Positions 43,687 to 55,695 of a DNA stretch of 64,000 nt are shown in pieces. The stretch covers positions 85,498,001 through 85,562,000 of the forward strand of contig OX597822.1 in NCBI GenBank assembly GCA_951406725.2, given 5' to 3'. This stretch comes from Octopus vulgaris (taxonomy: Eukaryota). The notes under the pieces are model-generated. The model did no database searches, had not been told where the DNA came from, and was given only the letters and a program-made list of their open reading frames with translations. The position numbers and the translations under genes were made by a program. Numbering within the stretch: the stretch's first letter is position 1; each line of letters starts with the position of its first letter.

Positions 43687-44036
43687 CATCATCATCATCA
43701 TTATCATTCAGGTCACTGCCTGGAATCGAACTCGGACCCTTGGGGTTAGCCCGCGCTCTTAACCACTACGCAATATGCCCGTGGGCATACTAACCCGAAG
43801 ATACCGAGTTCGATTCCAGGCAGTGAACTGAACAACAACAACAACAACAACAACAACATCGAAAAATACCTTAGCAATGAGAACCTAGGTTCGAAATTTC
43901 CCCCAAGACACCTGATGAAGGCTGGAGGGTATATCGACCGAAATATTGTGATGAGGACAAGATGAGGACAAATATCCGTCAAATGTAGATAATGTAAATA
44001 ATGTACATAATTCCTTATCTTTTAAATATAGAACTG
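43425..44036. mobile_element. Head-to-head dimer of a tRNA-head plus hammerhead-tail element
   Basis: Minus copy starts at 43780 and plus copy at 43783. Each has a tRNA-like B box gttcgattcc, an (AAT/AAC)n tract, then ...agacac-CTGATGA-a-ggctg...GAAA. Hammerheads at 43477-43523 (-) and 43906-43951 (+). Confidence 0.8.
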
Positions 44037-44112
44037 GAAAAAATAATAATCATTAATAAAAAGTGACAAAATAAAAATTCATGTACATTATTTTTAATGG
44101 GTTGTCCCGCCA

Positions 44113-44642
44113 GCGAATTTTTTTTCTACGAGAGTTCCGGACCCCAGTAATGAATTCATTTGCATACAGCCAATCAGAACTCATCTTGACCTTGTTGTCA
44201 AGTTAACAAACACACTCTACCAAGTAAACTCAAGACGAAGAACTGTACTGTAAGTCGACCAATCGCGAAGTTGTGCCTGATTTTAGAAGGAGGCAACTAA
44301 TTAGATTTGCATCTGTATCTGTATGTTAGGGCCCCATGTGGTAAAGATGTGGATGGGAAAAATGTGGGTTGAGGGTGATGTGCTAGCAACCGTCTCACCT
44401 TACTCTTTTACAAAATTAATAACAACACAAATAACTACACAGAGGCAGCCATGGTTGAAACAAGAACAAGAACAACAAGCATTCTTAAAAGAGAAAAGAC
44501 GTATTCCTTACCCAAGTGACCTTATCTTATCACCCATCACTTGTTATGCACTCATAAATTAGTTTTTTAGTTGAACCCTGATTGGCTGTATGCAAATGAG
44601 TTCATAACTAGGTCCGGAACTCTCGTGGGAAACAAATTTCGT
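44113..44642. mobile_element. MITE with ~65-bp imperfect TIRs and a 9-10 bp direct repeat (Mutator-like)
   Basis: acgagagttccggacc...tcatttgcatacagccaatcag is mirrored at 44578-44626; tgtcccgcca occurs at 44103-44112 and 44642-44651. Confidence 0.7.
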
Positions 44643-45140
44643 GTCCCGCCAAATTCGATATTAGCAACTTTAACTTTATCAATTTCAATTTCGTCATCGT
44701 CAACTTCAATATCGTTATCGGCAATATCGATTACGTTATCATCAACTTCGATTTCACCATTAGCTTTAATTTCATTATTGTCAGCTTAAATTTAACGCTT
44801 GTCAGCAGTTGTATTCGTCACCGATCCCAGTGAACCAGAGGAAGAGGTTTTTTAAATGAAGCTAAACGAGTAATTACGTCAATTTATGATGAAGATTGCT
44901 CTGTAATTGACATTAGTTTTATATCAGATACCTTGGAGGAGTGCTCAAACTATTATTCAAATCTACAAACCGGAAGATCGTATTGAAACAAAAGAATTCG
45001 GAGGTTGGGGTGAGGGGTTCAAAATTGAAATTTCAGAAGAATTGAAAAACTTTATACAAACGTCAATGGGCGAAAAATGTCATATGTCATTAAAAATCTT
45101 ACCTGACATGGTTTTTGAGTATTTTAACATGTGTTTGTAA

Positions 45141-45563
45141 CATGTGACTGTGTGGTAAGAAGCTTGCTTACCAACCACATGGTTCTGGATTCAGTCCCAC
45201 TGCGTGGCACCATGGGCAAGTGTCTTCTATTATAGCCTTGGGCTGACTAATGCCTTGTGAGTGGATTTGGTAGGTGGAAACTGAAAGAAGCCCGTCATGT
45301 GTGTGGTGTGTGTGTGTGTGTGTGTGCATGTGTGTGCATGTGTGTGCATGTGTGTGTGTGTGTGTGTGTTTGTCCCCCAACTATCGCTTGACAACCGATG
45401 TTGGTGTGTTTACGTCCCCGTAACTTAGCAGTTCGGCAAAGTGACCGATAGAATAAGTACTGTCCTTACAAAGAATAAGTCCTGGGGTCGATTTGTTCGA
45501 TTAAAGGCGGTGCTCCAGCATGGCCGCAGTCAAATGACTGGAACAAGTAAAAGAATAAAAGAA
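45141..45563 (+). mobile_element. SINE family B, near full-length
   Basis: Colinear with 31770-32182. Confidence 0.85.
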
Positions 45564-45986
45564 CATATATTCAGGAGGTGCAAAGTGATTTCTGAGAGTT
45601 GAAGCGACGGTACACGGAGAATAAATTTATGCCAGGAAATTTCAAAATATTTTCACAGGAAAGTGTGGGAGGAAAACATTTCTATTGATGAAGTTGTTTC
45701 AACATTCGCACAAGATTTAGATATGGTAGAGCAACCGGTGTTGGTGCGTTTATGTCCCCGTAAGCTAGCGTTTCGGTAAAAAAGACCGATAGAAAAATTA
45801 TTGGTTTTAAAAAGAAAATAATTACTAGAGCCGATTCGTTTGACTAATATTTCTCAAGCCGGTGCCCCAGCATGACCGCAGTCAAATGACCGAAACATGT
45901 AAAAGATACAAGATGTGTGTGTGTGGGGGGGTATTGGCGTCTTCTAGCATGTAGGTGACTTGTATACGTACTTACTTGCCCTTGAC

Positions 45987-46060
<74 letters not shown>

Positions 46061-46064
<4 letters not shown>

Positions 46065-46618
46065 ATCAAAATAAAAACATGATGCGAAGGATTCAGCGGT
46101 ACATATGTTTCGGGCCTTTATTAGACAGATTTATAACAATGCATAATGTATGTCTGTGGCCTTCTTCAGCCGCGCACAACAGCTTCCACAAGGACATGTG
46201 TTACATCAAAAATTCTTGGTTGGTGATGCAAATCCTCCCATTCGCGTACGACATAATGCGGCAGCAGCATAGAATTGAAGCGTCCATCTCTTTCTTCTCT
46301 CAATGTAGAGAAGAAAGAGATGGACGCTTCAATTCTATGCTGCTGCCGCATTATGTCGTACGCGAATGGGAGGATTTGCATCCCCAACCAAGAATTTTTG
46401 ATGTAACACATGTCCTTGTGGAAGCTGTTGTGCGCGGCTGAAGAAGGCCACAGACATACATTATGCATTGTTATAAATCTGTCTAATAAAGGCCCGAAAC
46501 ATATGTACCGCTGAATCCTTCGCATCATGTTTTTATTTTGATCAATTTACTCCACCACCTACACCACCAAACGGTATACACAGGTGCTTATAATTATCAA
46601 GTACTCACCCCGAATTTC
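46061..46618. mobile_element. Near-perfect 486-bp palindrome of a hammerhead-bearing PLE-type pLTR
   Basis: Arms 46061-46300 and 46307-46546 with a 6-nt spacer and one visible mismatch. Hammerhead gcgg-CTGAAGA-a-ggcc...ggcc-c-GAAA-catatg-TA-ccgc at 46434-46511 (+) and 46096-46173 (-). Confidence 0.9.
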
Positions 46619-46637
46619 TATATATATATATATATAT

Positions 46638-46715
<78 letters not shown>

Positions 46716-46984
46716 TAGAAGAAATGAGGTAATCAGAAGATCGGATGGTTTATATTTACAGATATTTATTTATATATTACATTTTTTACATATATATGAT
46801 ATCACTTAGATCATTAGCGCTTTCTCCCATCCTAGTGGGGTTTATCAAAATATGTGTGTATATATATATGTATATATATATACACACACACATATATATA
46901 TTTTGATGTGTGTATATATATATATATGTATGTGTGTATGTATGTATGTATGTATGTATGTATGTATGTATGCATGTATGCATG

Positions 46985-47015
<31 letters not shown>

Positions 47016-47120
47016 TGTGTAATTAAAACCCGTGCATTCATGTTTGCCTGTATATGCTATGTTTGTATTTGCTTTTGTGCAAATACACAAAAATGTGCAA
47101 GTGTCTGTATGTGTGTGTAT

Positions 47121-47179
<59 letters not shown>

Positions 47180-47568
47180 CGGGGGCATTGCGAGGATGTC
47201 CAGCAGTGTTTGCCATTCAGCCTTTGTCTACACATTTTCTGTAAATGTGTTGCCATTGGTAGGAATAATGAGTAAGTATATCGATTTGCAAAGAGAGGGC
47301 CGCCTTTTCATGGTCACTGTTTTAATAGCCGATCCCAAACAAAACCGAGAGCAGGCCCGATCCACCCGAACCACCCGATCCACCCGACCACACCTGCACC
47401 CAGTTTCCACCTCTCGGCACGGTTCATATTGATAGTACGGCTACATTTCCGAAACACATTCATCGGTGAAATTAGAGGGATATAACAATAAACGAAAAGA
47501 CGGCCGAAAAGAGCATCTCGCCCGCCACCGCCGCCGCCAAACAAGTATTGAAACACACACACACACAC

Positions 47569-47613
<45 letters not shown>

Positions 47614-47862
47614 TACACACACGCACACATGCACACGCACACACGCACATATACACACACACACTTCACATTCACGCTTAGCCATAAATGCGCAAACGCA
47701 TAAACTGTATACACACTGCATGTACGCAATTACGACACATATACATACAGGAACAAGCACGATGTGTGCATGCTTATATATATATATATATATATATAAG
47801 CATGCATACATACACATACATTATATATTAGCCATATATACAATACATACATATGTTGATAA

Positions 47863-47924
<62 letters not shown>

Positions 47925-47992
47925 CTGCACACACGCATACACACACATATATACATATATATACATACATATATACATACATATATACATAC

Positions 47993-48023
<31 letters not shown>

Positions 48024-48062
48024 CATATATATATACATATATATATACATATATATATATAC

Positions 48063-48094
<32 letters not shown>

Positions 48095-48165
48095 GTATAT
48101 ATATATGTATATATGTATGTATGTTTGTATGTATGTATATGTGTGTGTGTGTGTGTGAGTATATA

Positions 48166-48217
<52 letters not shown>

Positions 48218-48460
48218 CACATCCATAGAAGTATGAGTGTGTGTATGCATGGGTGCGTATACACACACACACACAGCTATACACACCATGTACACATATT
48301 GAGATTTTTGTGAAAACAAACTGCAATGTTTTAAGAAAGCGGAGAAATTGTAAAGTGATGAAGACTGACGGATGGAATTGTGTTGATATTTTGCGGGGTT
48401 AGGAGTGGCCCTTGTTGGCCATGTTGACCGAGGTGACTATGAAGGGAGGGGGTGAACACC

Positions 48461-48519
<59 letters not shown>

Positions 48520-49520
48520 TCACGAGATTTCAATAAGGCGACGACCACGACGAGGCCATACCATCCGAGAGTGCATAACAAGTTAAAGCAAACAGTGGAG
48601 GGGTGGGGAGGGTGTTAGGAGTCGGGTAGACCCGGGTATTGTGACGCTAATTTAATTGAAAGTATGCACAGTAAAAGGGAAACGTCGGGTGACAGGGATA
48701 AGGTAACGGTAGATGGCGAGAATGAGGGAGACAGAGAGAGAGAGAGAGGGGGAATGTGTGTGTTTCTGCGTGTGTGTGTGTATGAGAGAGAGAGAGAGAG
48801 AGTGTGTGTGTGTGTGTGTGTGTGTGTCTGTGTGTGCGTGTGGAGATGGGGTTGAAGTGATATTTTGTGGGTGGAAGGAAAGGGTTAGTTGAGTGTAGAT
48901 TTAGGGAGATTAGGGTCCGCTTTGGAAAGATTTGTCAAAAATGGATGTTGATTTAAAGAAAAGCAAAAAAAAATATAGAAAAACACGGGTGGTTATGGTT
49001 GAGAGAGAATGTTGGTGAGGCGGTGGGGGGCGAACGGGTGGGGCGGAACGGGTTGGGGGTGGATGGAGAGTTGATGTTAGCGAGGGAGTTTGTTGGCTAA
49101 CTCTGGTGTAAGTGACGAGAATAAAGAGAAAGAAGATGGAGGGTGGAAAAGAATAGGGAAGGGCGATGGTAGTGGTCGTGGAGGGAACAGGTAGTGGTGT
49201 GACGAGTGTGCCGCGGGTGAGAGGTGACTTTTAGAGACGACGGTCCAAAAATAATGTCGATGTATTTAGTTTCTAATTTCTTCCGGTTTGTATTCAATCT
49301 ACATTTGGTTTGTTTAGTTTAAATGTCAATTAAAGCGCCATCTCGCGGGTAGAAGGATTATTGTCAACAATGCCAACACTTCCAGTACCGTTGACAAAAG
49401 TAGCATCGAGGGAGATGTTACCTGGTAACTAGACTTGCTAGAAAAAGCAGTCAAATCTACAACCCACGCCGTACTATCTTCAATATATATATCTTCTATG
49501 TCTATATATATAAAACTGAG

Positions 49521-49748
49521 GCGGCGAGCTGGCAGAAACGTTAGCACGTTGGGCGAAATGCGTAGCCGTATTTCGTCTGCCGTTACGTTCTGAGTTCAAA
49601 TTCAGTCGAGGTCGACTTTGCCTTTCATCCTTTCGGGGTCGATAAATTAAGTACCAGTTACGCACTGGGATCGATGTAATCGACTTAATCCGTTTGTCTG
49701 TCCTTGTTTGTCCCCTCTGTGTTTAGCCCCTTGTGGGTAGTAAAGAAA
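49521..49748 (+). mobile_element. SINE family A inserted in the Helitron 5' end
   Basis: 18-bp TSD tatatatataaaactgag at 49503-49520 and 49749-49766. Confidence 0.92.
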
Positions 49749-49789
49749 TATATATATAAAACTGAGAATGTGTGTCTGTCTGTCTGTCT

Positions 49790-49821
<32 letters not shown>

Positions 49822-50569
49822 CCCTAAAACTTGAGAACTACACAACCAATTTCATTCAAATTTTACACATGGTTTACTTAGGGTCCGGGGAGTGTCATCG
49901 GCAAAAAAATTTTTTAACGTTTTGCCTAGTGATAACAATACTCAAAATATATAACAGACTGGAATTGTAAGCCCGTCTCTTGCAATTTCGATCAATTGTA
50001 TCTTGTCCTCCCTCTTGTATAGAATTGTGGCTACAATCCAGCCTACCTCAACTTCTGGGGGGGGGGGTCATTTTTAATTTTTATCCGGCACGTCCTACGT
50101 CCCAGATATAAAGGTAAAAATAAAATATTTCCACTTTGCAAGTTCGAGTCGAGTACTCCCTTGCATGCTCCGTTGACTCGAACCTTGCTTCTATTGTGGC
50201 GAATTTACCACCTCTGGTTAGATATCTTTCATGGTCGCACCAAGATATTTTTCGATGGTGCTTTCCTCCAGGTGTTCAAATCTTCTTTTTTCTCTACATT
50301 GTCTACTTTATAGACAATAGTCTTTTCTTTAATTTAATTTTTTATTATCCATCTGGACTATTCCATTTCTGCACGCTAATTTTATTTTTAATTTATTCCC
50401 ATTCATGTGAAACCACTTATTCAAGTTCAAGTCATTGATGCAACTTTATACTAATTGCTATTTTTACTTTTGTTATGTTACGATTATATTATACTATAGT
50501 TTGATCTTAATTATTACTTACTACATATAATTCAATTGTTATTATTATCTCTAATTTTTATTGTTAAAG

Positions 50570-51778
50570 TGAAAGTATCTGACATAAAATAGAGAAATGT
50601 TTTTCTTTCACTTTTAACACGTAATACTGAAATAATGGAGAAGATATGATATTGCTATGGGCTCGCTCTAGGCAAGAAAATAGTAAAAAGTGAAAAAACT
50701 ACAGAAGGCTTCTTTTAAAAGGTTAAAAAATATATTTGAGTCATTATGTCAGAAGAATGTTATAAAGTTTTTTCATACAGTGACATAGTTATTGAAGAAA
50801 TTACCGGTTTCGTGTTAACTTTTCAAATTTCTCAAAACTTCGTTATGAAGTGTAAAGAAGAGTTCCAGGTAAGGGGAGGTAATAAGTGATTTCTTCCGAT
50901 GTAAGGGAGATAATCGCTTTATATTTCTTTTCCCTTTTATTTAATGGGGTGAGTTTTTCTGTATAAGTATGTTAGAGTGGTTAAGTTTGGGCTTATATTT
51001 TTCAATGAAGGATGTTTCCTTGTTTAGTCTAATTTGTGTTGGTGTTCCAATAGCACATTGATAAAAAGGAAAGATTAAAAATTGTGATAGTAGTTGCTTT
51101 GCGCATTTCTCAATATGCTCACTAAAGGGTATCATTCTGTATTCTGGGAATGCAATCTGTTGTCGATGCAGTGTGCATCTACGTCTGAGTGATAGTCCCG
51201 TGGACCCCACGTAGTTTTGGTGGCAGCCCGAGTATCTTATGACATAAATTATGTTTTCAGAAGCACAAGTAAAATTAGATTTGATCTTGAATTTTTGTCC
51301 CTCTTTGAAGAGGAATTCTGATCCTTCTAGAAGGTTTGGACATGTTGCGCAGTTTGGTCTACCACATTTTTTTTACTTTTGCATCCGTAATTTCAGAAAA
51401 CAATTTTGCCTTTGTGAGAATCTTTTTAAGTGATTTAGCTTGTTTGTAGCTTTTAATGATTTTATGTATGTTTAGAATTTCCTTTAATTTGGGGTCCTTA
51501 TGAAGTATTGGTAAATGGTGAAGGCTTCTTTGTTTCTGGGGTTGTATGTGGATATGTAAGGCAGTATTTTCGGGGAAGGTGTGTTGAACTTTTCTCAAAG
51601 TTTCTATGTCGATTTCTGTTGCACGTCTGATCCCATCCTCTATGAGTTGAGCTGGGTAGTGTCTGTCAACTAGGGTGTTTTTGAGTTCTTGTAGTCTAAA
51701 GTTCCTGGTATTTTGTTCTGACACTATTGTGCATATCCTTCTTGCAAGGTTGAAAGGGATGTTTGTTTTAGTGTGTCT

Positions 51779-51780
<2 letters not shown>
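50570..51780 (-). mobile_element. Penelope-like element 3' part: RT thumb, Cys linker, GIY-YIG endonuclease, pLTR
   Basis: HTKTNIPFNLARRICTIVS, CGRPNCATC, NFTCASENIIYVI..SGC.QNYVGST..LRRR..LH...EH...RLNKE.SFIEKYKPKLN, with frameshifts. Degenerate hammerhead remnant at 50797-50846. The left boundary is approximate. Confidence 0.85.
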
Positions 51781-51824
<44 letters not shown>

Positions 51825-51939
51825 TGCATACACACGCATACATACATATATATTTGGAATTTACAAAAGAAACGAACAAAAGACGAAGACGGGTGTGTAA
51901 ACAGCAAACATGTTTATTAGTTTAACGCTCCGGACTTAG

Positions 51940-54582
51940 GAAATAGTTAAAGCAAACATGGTACATGGTCCATGTGGGCGTGGATTCAACATAAATTCAC
52001 CATGCTTGAAGGACAGCATATGTTCAAAAAGATTTCCAAGGAGGTTCCTACAAGAAACTCAGACAGGTGCTGATGGGTATCCATCATACAGACGCAGAAA
52101 ACCAGAAGACGGAGGTTTCACAGCAACTATCGGACAGCACGATATTGATAATAGATGGATTGTTCCATACTGCCCACTCCTATCAAAGACTTTCAATGCC
52201 CACATCAACGTTGATTTTGCAACTCCGTTAAATCCATCAAGTACGTTTGCAAATATGTAAACAAGGGTTCTGACGCTGTAATGTTTGGACTTCAACAAGA
52301 ATACTGCCAGGATGAGGTGACGCATTATCAGGTGGGACGGTACATAAGTAGCAACGAGGCTTTCTGGTGCATCTTTGGCTTTCCAATTCATCAACGACAC
52401 CCCGCCATTCAACAGCTTGCAGTGCACCTGGAAAATGGTCAAAGAGTGTACTTCACTGATGCTAATGCTTCTCTGTTGGCAGAGGAACCAAGGGATAGCA
52501 CACTCACTGCATTCTTCAAGCTTTGTCAAGTGGATCCATTCGCTCAAACCTTGCTGTATCCACAGATTCCATCGTACTACACTTGAAATGGAAAAAAATG
52601 GGCCCCACGGAAAGCAGGTCAAAATGTTCGTGGATACCCTATCATTAAGTTTCACACTTGCCTTGGGCGAGTATACACAGTGCATCCCACTGAACAAGAG
52701 TGCTTCTACCTTCGTCTACTACTGCGTGAGGTCAGAGGGCCAACGTCTTTCCAGGCCCTAAAAACCGTTCATGGACATGTCTGCACAACATACAGAGAAG
52801 CCTGCTATCGACAGGGTCTGTTAGAAGATGGTGCACAATGGGATGCAACTTTAGGAGAGGCTGCTTTATCACAATCACCTAAAAGTCTCAGGGCACTATT
52901 TGCAGTATTACTACAGGCATGCGAACTGTATGATCCGGCCACTCTATGGCTCAAATATAGAGACAACCTGATTGAAGGCTTTCAGCGCCAACCTCAACTG
53001 CTCTATCATGACATGGAGGGTATCAGCAATGAAATCTATAATAAAACACTCATTGACATTGAAGACAGAATTGCTAAACTGGGTGGAAATGAATTGTCGA
53101 CGTATGGCCTGCCACAAGCATTCAGGTCAGGGTCAAATAGCCTTCCCACTGCTGTCATTCGTGAAACAACCTACGACACTCAAGCGCTTTCAAAGTACAT
53201 TGTTGAAAATGAGCCTAAATTACTTCCGGACCAGCTGCAGGCCTACAGAATTATTCTTAACAGTGTACGCCAACGCGAGGGACGAATCTTCTTCCTCGAT
53301 GCTCCTGGAGGGACAGGAAAAACATTTATTACAAAGCTTCTCCTTGCAGAAGTTAGGCAGCATCAGGACATTGCAGTAGCTGTAGCCTCCTCTGGCATTG
53401 CAGCTACTTTGTTACCCGGTGGCAGGACAGTACACTCAACTTTTAAACTCCCTCTCAATTTCGCAGCATCCGAAATGCCTTCATGCAACATCAACAAAAG
53501 CTCAGATCAGGGACAAGTACTTAAAATGTGTCATCTAATTGTCTGGGATGAGTGCACTATGGCTCACAAGGGAGCTTTGGAAGCATTAGATAGAGCCCTG
53601 AAAGACATCGAGACTGTCAGGCTCCAATGGGAGGTGTAACGCTTCTGTTGTCAGGTGATTTCAGGCAAACTCTTCCTGTCATTCTGAAAGGCACTAGAGC
53701 AGATGAAGTCCAAGCATGCCTGAAGTCCTATACCCTGTGGCATCATGTTACAATCCTCAGTCTCACCACTAACATGAGAGCTCAGCTACACGGCGACAAA
53801 ATGTCCACAAAGTTTGCACAGGACATTTTGACACTTGGTGAAGGCAAGATGCCTCTCGATGCGGCAGGACAAATGGAAGTGTGGTCATTTTCCTCTGTTG
53901 TTAATTCTATAGATGACCTCAAAAACAAAGTCTTTCCCAACTTCATACAAAACTACCAAAATCACAATTGGCTGTGTGAAAGAGCAATATTAGTTCCAAA
54001 AAACGTCGCTGTTAACAAAATTAATCAACAGCTAATGCATTCTCTTCCCGCCACTATACACAGTTACAAGTCTGATGATACAATTCCAGATACAAATGAA
54101 GCTGTGAACTATCCTTCTGAATTTCTCAATTCACTGGAGCCTCCTAGACTACCTCCACACATATTAGCACTTAAAGTTGGAACTCCTGTAATGCTACTCC
54201 GCAATCTGGAACCACCAAGACTTTGCAATGGAACACGACTGGTGATAAAGAAAATGATGTCACACGTTATCGAGGCGATCATTCTTTCTGGATGTGGAAA
54301 ATGTGATGACGTCTTTATTCCAAGAATTCCTCTTACTCCATCAGGAGCAGAAATTCCATTTACATTCAGAAGACTGCAATTCCCCCTTCGTGTTAGCTTT
54401 GCCATGTCCATTAACAAATCTCAGGGTCAAACCCTCTCTATAGCTGGTCTTCTCTTGGAAGAGCCCTGCTTCTCGCATGGGCAACTGTATGTTGGCTGCT
54501 CAAGAGTAGGAACCAAAAGAAACCTTTTTGTATATGCTCCACAAGGATAAACAAGGAACATTGTTTACAACGAGGTGTTATA
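51940..54582 (+). pseudogene. Helitron Rep (C-terminal half)/Pif1 helicase, frameshifted
   Basis: MVHGPCG, GYPSYRRR, DNRWIVPY, KYVCKYVNKG, GRYISSNEA, APGGTGKTF, IVWDE, GDFRQTLPV, QFPLRVSFAMSINKSQGQT, FSHGQLYVGCSRV across five ORFs. The HUH motif is absent. Confidence 0.95.
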
Positions 54583-54767
54583 ATCTCAACAGCCAGGAGG
54601 TATATACGTGATCCCCTTTTTTTTTAACAAACTTCATGTACTTTCATGTATTTATATTTATATACATATATATATATATGTGTGTGTGTGTGTATCCATA
54701 TATATATAACAGAAAAGTCTAATTCTTCAATTGAATGTAACCGGGCAACGCCGGGTATCTCTGCTAG

Positions 54768-54955
54768 GCGATTTTTTTCCCTCTGTCTTCCTTTCTCTGG
54801 ATCTTTCCTTCTCCTATGTTTCCGACGAAGAGCTCCGCTCGAAACGTTAAACCCTCCTTCTTTCCTTCTTTCCTGAGCGTCCAATAATACTATAATTGTT
54901 CCACGTCCTCGCGTTGTTGTGTTTTTTTTTGTGCTTTCTTGTTTGGATTAACTAT
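54768..54955 (+). mobile_element. PLE-type pLTR fragment with variant hammerhead (54818-54852)
   Basis: gttt-CCGACGA-a-gagc tcc gctc-GAAA-cg-TT-aaac; related to 2770-2975; ends in (TA)n. Confidence 0.7.
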
Positions 54956-55173
54956 ATATATATATATATATATATACTACAAAATTAGAGAATGGAGAAA
55001 CATACTTAAATCAGTAAAACATCAACTATCCGATGATACTCAATCCATACTTTAATACACCATTACATATGAGTAAAGGCAATATATAAAATGAAATGAG
55101 ATATACAGTAATAGTAAAAAGATAAAGAGATATAAGTAAAAAATTTCAAATATAATATGCAAATAAATCAAAA

Positions 55174-55281
55174 CTGACAGCTGTTTCGGCAGTGAGGACA
55201 GTCATACCTCATTTAACCTATAAGCCATAAAGGCAGGTATAAATGAGGCATTAACAAGGATGCCCCACGGCCTCTTCAGAG
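55174..55281 (-). ncRNA. Hammerhead motif with long, well-paired helix II
   Basis: ct-CTGAAGA-ggc...gcc-GAAA-cagctg-TC-ag; helix II contains gtgggg/cctcac and atgcctcattta/taaatgaggtat. Confidence 0.7.
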
Positions 55282-55628
55282 AATTAAATTAAATTTGTTA
55301 TAATAGTGAAAAATATTATATAATCATATACATATAAATATAAAAATATAAAAATGTAAAATATAAAAACTTATACATCATAATGCTACACTTATATAAT
55401 ATAATACACATTTGTACAAAAAAGGAAGGTAAACAGAACAAAATAAAACAAAATATATAACAGTGTATATATTAATATTAATAAGTACCGATATTATACA
55501 TATTTGGCTAATAGTTTTTTTTATAAAAAAAAAAAAAAAGGCTAACACATATGGAGATGAAAAATAATAATTAAATCCGTGGTACAGTTCATAAAATTCT
55601 AAAGCTATAAAAGTTAATAAAAATTACT

Positions 55629-55695
<67 letters not shown>

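Larger units (their letters stand above)
49501..54767 (+). mobile_element. Helitron with both termini and nested insertions
   Basis: 5' TCTATATATATAAAACTGAG followed by (CTGT)n; the exact start could be 49492. 3' hairpin ccgggcaacgccggg (54741-54755) followed by CTAG (54764-54767). Internal Rep/Hel relic. Confidence 0.8.

Noticed and set aside
43710-43780. Possible tRNA gene (also the heads at 8990-9057, 9880-9945 and 60800-60869)
   Set aside because: The cloverleaf stems are broken and each continues into a repeat body; these are SINE heads.
46079-46528. Pair of nearly identical 120-aa ORFs on opposite strands
   Set aside because: A by-product of the DNA palindrome; no recognisable protein motif.
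52680-54550. Host PIF1 helicase gene
   Set aside because: Intronless, frameshifted, fused to Rep motifs and followed by a Helitron hairpin-CTAG end.
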